This document shows, piece after piece, positions 1 to 11,721 of a stretch of 64,000 nt of DNA. The position numbers and the translations under genes are program-made. The notes under the pieces were generated by a model. The model searched no databases and was not told the DNA's origin. It saw nothing but the letters and a program-made list of their open reading frames with translations. Source of the DNA: Eledone cirrhosa. Lineage: Eukaryota. The stretch is taken from positions 71,362,001-71,426,000 of the forward strand of contig OZ024743.1 in assembly GCA_964016885.1 (NCBI GenBank), read 5' to 3'. Within the stretch, counting starts at the first letter, position 1, and the number at the start of each line of letters is the position of its first letter.

Positions 1-411
1 TGTGTATAGCAAGATTGGTTAAAAATCTGCGGATATTAACCACATAGCTACCGCATTACCACATTGATGAATTAATCAAACATACTTCTTAACTAGTTAA
101 AAGAACTTTCTAACAGTAATTTGTCTCTTAGTCATTAAACTAATTATTGTCTTTCTTAGCTAATTATTCTTGATTACAATTTTTGTGTATTTATAAGTCA
201 TTTTTATTTTTTAAGTTAAATTCAGTCGATATATTTCAGGTTGTGCTATTGAAAAAAAGTTTTAAGTTTTTTAATTCTTGCCTTCCTTTTCGTAAATATT
301 CTGTAAACAATCTTGTGTTTGAAAGTTTCAAAGTAAAATAGTATTAAAAGAACAATCTGATTAATTTATCTTTATATTGTGTTGTATAATGAGTGTAAGT
401 TTTATGGAGGG

Positions 412-1165
412 CTAAGTGACACAGGGGTTAAATGATATAGAGGGTTAAGTGATATAGTGGGTTAAGTGATATAGTGGCTTAAGTGATATAGAGGGTTAAG
501 TGATATAGTGGATTAAGTGATATAATGGGTTAAATGATATAGAGGGTTATGTGATATAGTGGGATAAGTGATATAATGGGTTAAATGATATAGAGGGTTA
601 AGTGATATAGTGGGTTAAGTGATATAGTGGGTTAAGTGATATAGAAGGTTAAGTGATATAAAGGGCTAAGTGATATAGTGGGATAAGTGATATAGAGGGT
701 TAAGTGATATAATGTGTTAAGTGATATAATGTGTTAAGTGATATAGTGGGTTAAGTGATATCATGGGTTAAGTGATATAGTGGGTTAAGTGATATAGAGA
801 GTTAAGTGATATAGAGGGTTAAGTAATATAGTGGGTTAAGTGATATAGAGGGTTAAGTGATATAGAGGGTTAAGTGATATAATGAGTTAAGTGATTATAG
901 AGGGTTAAGTGATATAGAGGGTTAAGTGATATAGTTGGTTAAGTGATATAATGAGTTAAGTGATTATAGAGGGTTAAGTGATATAATGGGTTAAGTGATA
1001 TAGAGGGTTAAGTGATATAGTGGGTTAAGTGATATAATGTGTTAAGTGATATAGTGGGTTAAGTGATATAATGGGTTAAGTGATATAGTGTGTTAAGTGA
1101 TATAATGGGTTAAGTGATATAGAGGGTTAAGTGATATAGTGGGTTAAGTGATATAGTGGGTTTAG
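412..1165 (+). repeat. 17-bp minisatellite, consensus GGGTTAAGTGATATA(G/A)(T/A), ~44 units
   Basis: Direct tandem repetition visible; about 5 reverse-complement units recur at 1371-1461. Confidence 0.95.
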
Positions 1166-1461
1166 TTTACAGTCTGACAGTTGTTTCACTGAACAAGTTG
1201 TCTAAAAATTGCTGAACACTTGAAGCAGTGCCACTCAAGTTCAAATACGTTGTTAACTTAACCAGATCATCAGAGATAACAACGTATTTGAAATTGAGTG
1301 GCACTGCTTCAAGTGTTCAGCAATTTTTAGACAACTTGTTCAGTGAAACAACTGTCAGACTGTAAACTAAACCCACTATATCACTTAACCCGCTATATCA
1401 CTTAACCCTCTATATCACTTAACCCACTATATCACTTAACACACTATATCACTTAACCCAT
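1071..1461. repeat. Fold-back inverted repeat, ~185-bp arms with a 21-nt loop (1256-1276)
   Basis: gtttagtttacagtctgacag...caaatacgttgtta is mirrored by taacaacgtatttg...ctgtaaactaaac; the loop contains TCATCAG (CUGAUGA on the minus strand). Confidence 0.9.
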
Positions 1462-1650
1462 GTTATTCTTTACTTATTCAATTTTATTACTCCAAGATAA
1501 ACTTACATAGGAATACAAGTGAAATCATAAACTCGCCATCTACGTAAACCCCTTGGTGAGTCAAACAACGCCGTACGCTAAACCTATCCATAATACGAAG
1601 TATTCACAACCTCTAACTGGATTACCTATAAGGATATTTTGTTATATTTT

Positions 1651-1703
<53 letters not shown>

Positions 1704-1712
<9 letters not shown>

Positions 1713-1922
1713 AGAAAAAAGAGAATCAGTGTTGCGACGAAAGGAATTTATTGAACATATTACAATTAATTCTCGGGCGACCAGCTCGAGGAACGATCGA
1801 TGTGGTGATCAAACCTGACTCTGAAATCGCCCGGTCCTTGTATACGTCTCGATTCTACGAAGCAGATTTTCCTATTCCTATAACTTTCGTCGCAACACTG
1901 ATTCTCTTTTTTCTGTGATATC
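1704..1922. repeat. Short element with ~40-bp inverted arms next to (TA)n
   Basis: atatcacagaaaaaagagaatcagtgttgcgacgaaag and ctttcgtcgcaacactgattctcttttttctgtgatat. Confidence 0.8.
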
Positions 1923-2168
1923 ATACTCTGCTCTACGAGGGCTCGAGTGCTCATACAGCCTACCGCATACGGACGCTTTAAGCATCCAACACCAATTATA
2001 TATATGTATATTTATATATATATATAACAACAAGAATTTCGACTACCACCACCACTACTACTATTATTAGTAACCGTATTTTTTATTGCTGTTGTTGTTA
2101 TTGTTCTCATTTATTTTATTTTATTCTCCGATGTATCTATAAATACCAGTGCCCTGTGTTACACTCCT

Positions 2169-2282
2169 CAGTATTCGATGATTTGATCAGCAACACACAC
2201 TGTATTTAAGGTCGAGTGACGTAATTTCTAGCGATCAGTGACCTTTAGACTCACCTGATTAATGAAACAATTGTTAATACTG
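2169..2282 (+). ncRNA. Degenerate type-I hammerhead ribozyme with long stem II, inside a dispersed repeat (pLTR-like)
   Basis: Stem I CAGTATT/AATACTG; core C-GATGA (U missing); stem II TTGATCAG/CTGATTAA; GAAACAATTGTT; AATAAA follows; homologue at 57897-58011. Confidence 0.6.
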
Positions 2283-2473
2283 TAAATAAACCCTTTTTGT
2301 ACAGCCGACCATGTTATTCTTCACTCTTTCACTACTATTACTCCAAGAACCACCTGTATGGGGATTCTCTTAAACTAGCTACCTAACTAAGGAAATTTCT
2401 TGTTGAGTCAAACAACGCCGTACGTTAAAACTATCCACAGTACAGAGTACTCACAACCTCTAACTGGATTAAC

Positions 2474-2562
2474 TTAAACGATACCTTGTTATCCAATATA
2501 TATATATATTCTACAGTCGATATGGTGCATGTCTCTCAGACATGACACCCTTAATTTAATTT

Positions 2563-2620
<58 letters not shown>

Positions 2621-2709
2621 AAATTAAATTAAGGGTGTCATGTCTGAGAGACATGCGCCATATCGACTGTAGAATATATATATATATTGGATAACAAGGT
2701 ATCGTTTAA
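2474..2709. repeat. Near-perfect palindrome centred on a (TA)n tract
   Basis: ~93-bp arms, one mismatch seen (ggtgcat vs ggcgcat); the inner arm sequence recurs at 28405-28455. Confidence 0.85.
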
Positions 2710-2712
2710 CAT

Positions 2713-2751
<39 letters not shown>

Positions 2752-3199
2752 GTTATCATATACATAAAATTAAATTAAAGATATATATATGTGTGTTGCA
2801 ACTGTTCACTTTTAAGCTCAATGAAGAATTAATAAATTAAAATCAAAAAATCAGAGCTACGATCAATTGTTTGTCAGAGATTTCCCCGTAAGAAAATTTA
2901 TTCTTAAAGCTTGCTAGATTTGATTATGTATATGGTTAATTATGCTAATTAGAAGAAGAAATAGTATATATTTTAATATCTGATTGATTCTATAGACATG
3001 ATTTATGATATATATATATATATATATATATACCATCATCATCATCATCATCATTTTACGTCCGCTTTTCCCTGCTTGCAATATATATATATATATATAT
3101 ATGGAGCGGTTATATTTAATTTGTTGGGATTCAACGAACTTAAACATTTTCTTTATATAACTGATATAAAGCGCTCAACAGTTTAGTGGAGTAAATATT

Positions 3200-3455
3200 C
3201 AATATATTAATAAATGGAAACTATATTTATAAAACCATAATTATTTTATTATATATATTTCAAGGGTTGAAGCTTCCTGGATATCCAGGAAGCTTCAACC
3301 GGTAAGGTTGCCTTTTTAGGGTATGTCAATATTCATTTATAAAACAAATTTGTATTTTATCTGATGAAAGCGCACCATAATTTGCCTTGGTTACCCTTGA
3401 AATATATATAATAAAATAATTATGGTTTTATAAATATAGTTTCCATTATTAATAT

Positions 3456-3459
<4 letters not shown>
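3200..3459. mobile_element. Fold-back element carrying a hammerhead (same family as 60856-61150)
   Basis: Inverted arms 3200-3267 and 3393-3459; internal perfect 36-bp palindrome at 3265-3300; followed by (TA)n. Confidence 0.75.
3353..3418 (+). ncRNA. Type-I hammerhead ribozyme, intact core
   Basis: Stem I TATTTTAT/ATAAAATA; CTGATGA; stem II AAG..ACCA..TGGT..CTT; GAAA; palindromic TATATA stem III; AUA cleavage triplet. Confidence 0.75.
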
Positions 3460-3509
<50 letters not shown>

Positions 3510-3512
<3 letters not shown>

Positions 3513-3639
3513 CAAAGGAATTGTGGTAAGGAACCAGATGGATCATAACGCACCAGAGTACTCAATACTTAGGGTAGTAGAGTGGGAAATACTTAGGGTA
3601 GTAGATAGGAAAAAGTATGACCCCGGGGTCATACTTTTT

Positions 3640-3645
<6 letters not shown>
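3510..3645 (-). repeat. Dispersed repeat between (TA)n tracts, ending in a ~40-bp hairpin; family also at 20335-20403 and 27954-28155
   Basis: Shared actaccctaagtattgagtact..ggtgcgttatg..ccatctggttcc motif; terminal palindrome taggaaaaagtatgacccc/ggggtcatactttttccta. Confidence 0.75.
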
Positions 3646-3700
<55 letters not shown>

Positions 3701-4123
3701 CCTTTATGTTACGTCGTTTACCAAATGGTGGAACTGGTGATTCTGATTAGTAAATGATGATGCAATAAAGTAATGTTGTCAGGTCTTTGATTCTTCATTG
3801 CATCAAAAAGCGCTGGACTGCATGACCTGCTTTTACAATAACCGGGAATCGGTGGGCCATCCCCTAATCAAAATCGGTTCTCTGTTTTCTATTTTCTATT
3901 TTCTATTTTCTATTCTTTGTTTGTCTTCGCCAAAATCCTGTTCTCTTATATAACTAATTCTGCAACCAACACCCAATGAAATCGTCTGGGTCTTGAATCA
4001 TATTCGGATAATGAAGCTGGGCTATTGAAATATATATAGATATAGTGTTTTCGCGAGATTAAAATCTTAAAGTTTCCAATCCGGCCTTTTGAGGTTGTTT
4101 TTAAAGAATATATATATCAGGAA

Positions 4124-4426
<303 letters not shown>

Positions 4427-5319
4427 ATATATATATATGTGTGTGTGTATGTGTTTGTGTGTGTGCGTGTGTGCGTGCGTATATATGTGTGTGTGTATGT
4501 GAGTGTGTGTGTATATACACAAACAGGCATAAACCTATGAGATGGGTTGAGAATAAAGACAAGATGTTGAACTCTGCTCTGTAACGTTATGACTTCTACT
4601 GAACTAATTATGTGTGACGGTTTTGGTTGAGGTTTTATGACTTCATGTATTTCAGTAAATCTTTTGAAAAAACACAAAAATCCTACATAATCTCATTCCC
4701 CACTTCTCCTATAAATATGTAGCTCTGATTAAGTTTGCAAAAATGGGAACTAAGAAATACGAAAGAGTGCTTTTTTATCTTTTGTAGTTGAAATCTGGTT
4801 TAGAAGGTGAAATGAAACAAGCTAGGTTCAATCTTTTACTTTCACGCTGAATTAAATATCTCCTTGCTCTGCCAGGTAAAAAACAAAACAAGAAGCATAA
4901 CTATAACTACTAAATCTATAAATATATACTAAATAACATCTAACAAAATAAAATCACTAATAAAAACAAAAACAACAACAACACTACAATATCAACCATA
5001 GAATGATAAATAAAAATCTCAAAGCAAATAAGAAGGAATCGTACTTGATATACTATAATTAAAAATCAATTTTCAATTTGATGTTTCGGTCTTACAAAAA
5101 CAGCTGGATCTTTTACGCTAGAAGTAACTCGAAAGAAACTGAAGATGGGAATCAGATAGATGCAGAGATTTATTGTTAGTCGAGAAAGATGGATATACGG
5201 ATGAAAGTATTGCTAAATATAACAGTTGTAGTATAAAGTAGTTGAAAGAGGCTGGAAGTAGTGGAAGGTTAATCTAGGATGTAGTTAGTTAGGTTAAGAA
5301 CCTGAGAGAGAGAGATGGA

Positions 5320-5390
<71 letters not shown>

Positions 5391-5425
5391 ATCGATAGAT
5401 AAATAGATATAGATAGATAAATGGT

Positions 5426-5457
<32 letters not shown>

Positions 5458-5787
5458 GAGAGAGAAGGATAGATAGATATAGATAGAGATAGAAACATGG
5501 CGAGGGAGGCAGAGAGACTAATAGGCAGAAAGTGAAAGTTTGAGACAGAAGTTAAGCAACAAAGTAAAGGAGAGAGGAAGGAAAAAAAGACGAAGAGATA
5601 AGGAGAAAATAATGGAAATAAACATCTCGAGGAAAACATGAATATTAAGAGAAGAGAGAGTAGAAGGGGGGGGGGGGTAAAAAGAGTGTTTATGTTTGGG
5701 GAGAATGGTAGAGAGAGAGTGGAGAGTGGAAGAGTGTTTCTGACGGAGAGAGAGAGAGGAAAAAAGAAAGTGATAGAGAGAAGAAGA

Positions 5788-5855
<68 letters not shown>

Positions 5856-5944
5856 TATATATATATATATAATTTCTCCCGAATGAAACAGTTCCAGACT
5901 TGTATATACGTACACACTTCTATATTAAATATACGTACACACAC

Positions 5945-5976
<32 letters not shown>

Positions 5977-6086
5977 TCGGGGAGTGTTTGTGATAGATAT
6001 GGAAAGTAAAAGGAAAACGGACAGCAGGAATAGAAAGGTAAAGAGATAGAGAGAGAGAGAAGTCAAGAGCAGGAAAGGGTTTTGAT

Positions 6087-6156
<70 letters not shown>

Positions 6157-6374
6157 ACAAAACAAGTTAACAAAAACACTGCTTTAAGTTTGAAAAGTCT
6201 GGAGGTTTCGACGTGAGCGATCCTGTTGTTTGATCATTTCACAGACACGTGAAATAATCGAAGGGAGATTCAGTGTGACACAGTGTGTGACATGGCCAAT
6301 CCTTTGAAATAGAAGTGCCGTCCATCTGACAGGTTTCCAAGCATTTTCCGTCCACACCATTTCACTCACAAGGC

Positions 6375-6745
6375 ACGAGTTGATCCGTGGCTATGGTAAA
6401 GGATTTTGTCTAAGCGAGATAGAATTCGACAGGATTTGACCCGGGGTTGAACTCGTCATGAGTTGAGCCATTGTTCTGGTAAATGATACTTGCCCAACAT
6501 ACTACATAGCAAGATTGAACTCGGCAGCAGCTGACACGTGGCTACGGTAAATGATACTGGCCCAACGTACCACATAGCGGGATTGAACTCGGAAGGAGTT
6601 GATCCGTGATTCTGGTAAAGGATACTTGCCCTAGTTGCCATATAATGTAATTGAACACAACAGAAGTTGATCCGTGGTTCTGCTAAATGATACTTGCTCA
6701 AGATACCACATATCGAGACTGAGCTCGGGACCTAATGATTGCAAA
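6375..6745. repeat. Degenerate tandem array of ~70-80-bp units, probably SINE-derived
   Basis: Repeated gagttgatccgtgg..ggtaaa(t/g)gatacttgccca..ccacatagc..gattgaactcgg. Confidence 0.6.
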
Positions 6746-7039
6746 ACGAACGTCTTACTATTTGATCATGCAACATTCACAATAATCTTAGTTAAAATTC
6801 CTAACAATCAACATGTACCAGCTGATCAAACTAGAGACTGTCGCCAGTTGGAGAAGGTAGTCATTTTGATCAATAAGGCTGTAACACTAGCAATTGAAGA
6901 AAACAAAAATAATTTGCTCGTCTTATTTCCCCAGTCAGGTTGTCGCAGCTTAAGGCTTAGAGCCAGTGAGGCGTCATGTTTATGATATAAACTTGTTAAA
7001 ATAACAATAATTGCTATGAATATTACTGAATAATATCTA

Positions 7040-7262
7040 AAATGATGTTGATGATAATGAAGATGATTTTGATGAAGATGATTATGATGATGATGATCAT
7101 GATGAAGATGATTTTGATGATGATGATTATGATAATGATGAGGATGATGATGATGATAATGATGATGATGATGATGATGATGATGGTGGTGGTGATGATG
7201 AGGATAATGATGATAATGATGATGATGAAGATGATAATGATGAAGATGATGATGATGAAGGC
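7040..7262 (+). repeat. Degenerate (GAT)n microsatellite
   Basis: Direct inspection. Confidence 0.9.
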
Positions 7263-7852
7263 GAAGATCTTGATATGTATGTTTGGGAAAGAGAATCTGT
7301 GAAAAAGAAAAAAAGTAGAGAGCGAGTGAGAGAGAAGAAGACAGATAGAAAGAGAGAGAGAGAGAGAGAGTGGGGAGTGTCTGTGATAGAGAGCAATAAC
7401 AATCGGAAGTTCGTGAGTTGCACGTTGCTCCAGTTCACTCAGCTGGCAAAAATGAGTTGTGCCTGTAATTTGAAGGGCCAGCTTTGTCACATTCTATGTA
7501 ACACTGAATCTCCCTGAGTACTATGAGAATACTGAGCGTATTTGTGGAATGTTCAGCCATTTGCACGTTAATATCACGAGCAGGCTGTTCCGTTGATGGT
7601 ATCAACTGGAACAATAGCCGTCGTAGCCGACGGAGTATCATAAATGCATGAATGAATATGTCTAGTGATTGACTAATGTTGTTAGTGTTACCTAATGATA
7701 GATGACACAACACAGATGAAACGAAAGTAGATGTTACCTTATTAGGAAAGAAAGGAAACTATAATCTCTTTAAAAACAGAATTACAATTTAGTTTTTCGC
7801 TCTAACCTAGCGGATATGTAAATGAATTCGTGAGTTTTGTATCGAACAATAA

Positions 7853-8042
7853 TAATTGTTTCTATTTTTGGTACAAGGCCAGCAATAACCCAGTGCATTA
7901 CTGGTACTTTATTTTATCGACCCCGTAAGGATGAAAGGCAAAGTAAACCTCGGCGGGATTGGAACTCAGAATGGCAAGGGCCGTAACTCTATGCGTCAAA
8001 GCATCGCGTCCGACACTCTACCGATACTGCCAATCCACCGAA
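7853..8042 (-). mobile_element. tRNA-derived SINE family A
   Basis: Reverse complement of 9291-9508. Confidence 0.85.
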
Positions 8043-9290
8043 TAATAATAACATTCGATTCATTTGCAAGCTACCAGCCTCATTACGCTTTGACCATCGC
8101 CAGCCTTTTGTTCTAGCGGTGACAGAGAGTAACATCACTCAGCATTCAAATTAGGCCAATCAGTCGATGTATTCGTTATAGAATACTATATATTCTGAAG
8201 AGTTCTATTGAGGTACAGAAGAGAGATACACCATCTTGACAAAGGGCAATAACCCAGAAACAGTATTGTAGTTGATTCTTTCTCTATGTCACTGCTAGAA
8301 CAAACTGATGACGATGGTCACGTAAAAAACATAGCGTAATGAGGTTGTTTACTTGAAAACGAAGCGAATGTTGCCACATAGAGTTAGTAAAGGTGGCCCT
8401 TTACGTTCTGAGTTTAAATCTTGCTGAGGTTAACTTTGCCTTTCATCTTTACGGTGTCGATAAAATAAAGTACCAGTAATACACTGGGAAAATTGCTGGC
8501 CTTGTGCAAATAGTAGAACAATTTTTATTTAACACAAAACTCACGAATGCATGTAATGTCTTTGTTTTACATGGAAACTTAATACCACATAAAACCGCTA
8601 CTAACATACTCCCCCCTACACAAGCACCCCACTCCACAATAAACAAACTCAAACAACTCCCAAATATACACCTAAGTTCACACAAACACACACACAACAT
8701 ATAGGCCCACACAAACACACACACTCAAGACTTCACAAACACAAACACACACTGAAACACACTTAAGCCCACGCAAACACACGCAAACACACACACACTC
8801 AAGCAAGCCCCACACAGACAAGCTCACACAAATACACAAAAATACTCACAGACACACAATCAGCCTCCAAATACACACACAAGTAAAAATGCATTAACAC
8901 ACACACACATACACACACACAGACACACACAGACTCAAACAAACACTCAAGCCCTCACAAACACTGTGTGGATGGGCTTGAATGTACGTGTATGAAACAC
9001 ATACATTCAAGCCTCCAACCTTACACACTCGCAAGCCCACACAATCAAATACATTCAACCCCACACAAACGCACATAGAAACGCACAATCTGAAGCCCCC
9101 ACCACACACAAGCTCTCACAGACATCCACACAGACACTCAAGTACCCCACCCAACATACACGCATCTTTTTAAAGACTATATGAAATATTTCATTAAAAT
9201 TGAATATTTAATTATTAATATACGAGAGAAATGTGTGTAGATATCAACTGATACGAGAAAAAAAATCATCAATATATTAATTCTGTATTA

Positions 9291-9508
9291 GGGTGGTGGA
9301 TTGGCAGTATCGGTAGAGCGTCAGACACCATGCTTTGCAACATAGAGTTATGACCCTTTACGTTCTGAGTTCAAATCCCGCCGAGGTTAACTTTGCTTTT
9401 CATCCTTACGGGGTCGATAAAATAAAGTACCAGTAATGCACTGGGGTCGTTTAATCGACTTTCCCCATCCCCCAAATTGTTAGCCTTGTGCCTAAATGAG
9501 AAACCAAT
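9291..9508 (+). mobile_element. tRNA-derived SINE family A (reference copy; central domain resembles MetaSINE)
   Basis: A-box TGGCAGTATCGG; B-box GAGTTCAAATC; central ttcatccttacggggtcgataaaataaagtaccag; about 20 copies or fragments in the window. Confidence 0.85.
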
Positions 9509-9603
9509 ATATTAATTCTGTATAAATAGTATTGATTTCATATCGCTTTTTTTTTGTGTCGAGTGCTCACTCTGGTGAACCTACAGTAACTGGACGTTAC
9601 TTT

Positions 9604-9645
<42 letters not shown>

Positions 9646-9649
9646 ACAA

Positions 9650-9840
9650 TAATGTTTCTACTATTGGCACAAGGCCAGCAATAACCCAGTAGATTACTGA
9701 TACTTTATTTTATCGAGCCGTAAGAATGAAAGGCAAAGTTAACCTCGGCGGGATTTGAACTCAGAATGGCAAAGGACGTAACTCTATGCGTCAAAGCATG
9801 GCGTCCGACCCTCTACCGATACTGCCAATTCACCGCCCTA
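9650..9840 (-). mobile_element. SINE family A
   Basis: Inverted copy relative to 9291-9508. Confidence 0.85.
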
Positions 9841-10061
9841 TGTGGCCATAATAATACAACATCGATATATTCAAACAGGTCGATCATATATATATATATA
9901 TATATATAACCCTTATCAAGTCCTCTTTAGATTTTGGTCTTCGTGTATATATATATATATATGCAATGAAATATCTATGATCGTCGGCAAATCACTGATG
10001 AGGGACTCATTTTATAACATGTTATCCATGTGCAACCTGCAGTATTCTTCTCCCCATTTTT

Positions 10062-10096
<35 letters not shown>

Positions 10097-10124
10097 TACA
10101 TACATACATACATACATACATACA

Positions 10125-10160
<36 letters not shown>

Positions 10161-10297
10161 TATATCGGCAGGACTAGAACCGCTTCATTCGAATGATACA
10201 ATTCTAGTCCTGTAGAAACCATTTTTATATTAAACCTTTTTACTCTGCTATGTATAGAGTATCTTACTTACAGTGGTTACCCCCGATTGAACCCGGG

Positions 10298-10337
<40 letters not shown>

Positions 10338-10949
10338 AGGCATACGGTAAACAGCGGAGGCCACGTGTTGTCCCACTCCGACATAACTTTTGCCCCTCGG
10401 AAAATCCCCAGTTGATGGATGCGAAATCCGAAATATAGGATGTATTAAACCATTTCCAAGGTAACTGTATCTCATGTTATTACTTTTTACACTTTTCCTA
10501 CGTGCTTTTACGCCCTCTACGCTTCCTCTTACATCTCTCTCTCTCACTACCACCTGATTCTGTTACCCGGAGATTTACCCATCTGCATTGTTGAGGCTTC
10601 CAAAACAACAATTTATATATATATATATATCCTTGATCACCTTGACCGACCAGTCTGTCGGGCACCAATCGGCGCCGCTGGTCACAGCACGTCATGCTGT
10701 TTTAGCCATAATATATATACAGTATATATATATATATATATAAATATATATATACTTATTACCTGGTTCCTCTCCTTTTCTGATTAGTTAGTGAGAGCCA
10801 CATTTCTAAATCAGCAACTTCAGATATGTTGACGTCAAACTAATTACATTTAGCAATTCATATAAAATTAACTTTCACCTTCAACTTCTTATATATTCTT
10901 TTCTTTCACCTTTCACTGAATTTAATGATTGCATATTGATTAACGTATC

Positions 10950-11010
<61 letters not shown>

Positions 11011-11086
11011 CATCTATCTATCTATCTATCTATCTATCTACCTATCTATGTGTCTGTCTATCTATCGATCTACCTATCAAGCTATC

Positions 11087-11442
11087 ATCCCCTTCTTTAA
11101 GTACCCCTTCAGAAGGAAGGTAAGAGTGGAGAGACAGGTGCTACACCCCAGTAAATTCGCTGAAAGGTGGGTGAATGTGGCGAAAATGGCCCGAGTGAAT
11201 GGGCCTTCTCTGTACATAAACCTGTAGGTTGAGGAAGACAAAAATAGGGAAGACGAGAACACCTACTAAAACGTGTCCCTGGTGTTGAGGGTTGTTCTAT
11301 CTACGGGGTGTAAAACAACCTCGCAGTAACGTTCCCCTTATTGAGGATTTCGATTGTTATTATATATATAGTTTATAGTTATCAACTAATGTTAAAGTTA
11401 TGTAATGTCCCATTTTTTATACGCCCTTGTGGCAAATAAATA
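11087..11442 (+). mobile_element. 3' fragment of a diverged Tx1 LINE in (TCTA)n
   Basis: Encodes FFKYPFRRKVRVERQVLHPSKFAERWVNVAKMARVNGPSLYINL*, homologous to the ORF2 C-terminus; ends gtggcAAATAAA then (TCTA)n. Confidence 0.9.
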
Positions 11443-11497
<55 letters not shown>

Positions 11498-11721
11498 TTC
11501 TATCTCTGGGATGGACACACGCGTATAACTTGCTGAGTAAGTTCTGTTTAAATTTCTATAGAAATTCTTGTCTGATAACTTTAATTTTTGTACCATTTTG
11601 TAGAGGGACTGCCAGGTCAAACTTTGATCTGGTCAGTCTCTCAAAATATTCTACGCCTTTAGGCGAAATAGTTAAACAAAAAAAAAAGTTTTTTCTTGTT
11701 GAAAAGTCAATATTTTTTTAA

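Noticed and set aside
412-1165. Telomeric repeat
   Set aside because: GGGTTA occurs only once per 17-bp unit; this is not a (TTAGGG)n array
9291-9385. tRNA genes at A-box/B-box motifs
   Set aside because: They are SINE heads continuing into shared SINE bodies, with no convincing cloverleaf
9962-10010. Possible type-II hammerhead (GAAATATCTA TGAT..ATCA CTGATGA)
   Set aside because: Stem II cannot form and stem III is marginal; it may be chance or a broken junction
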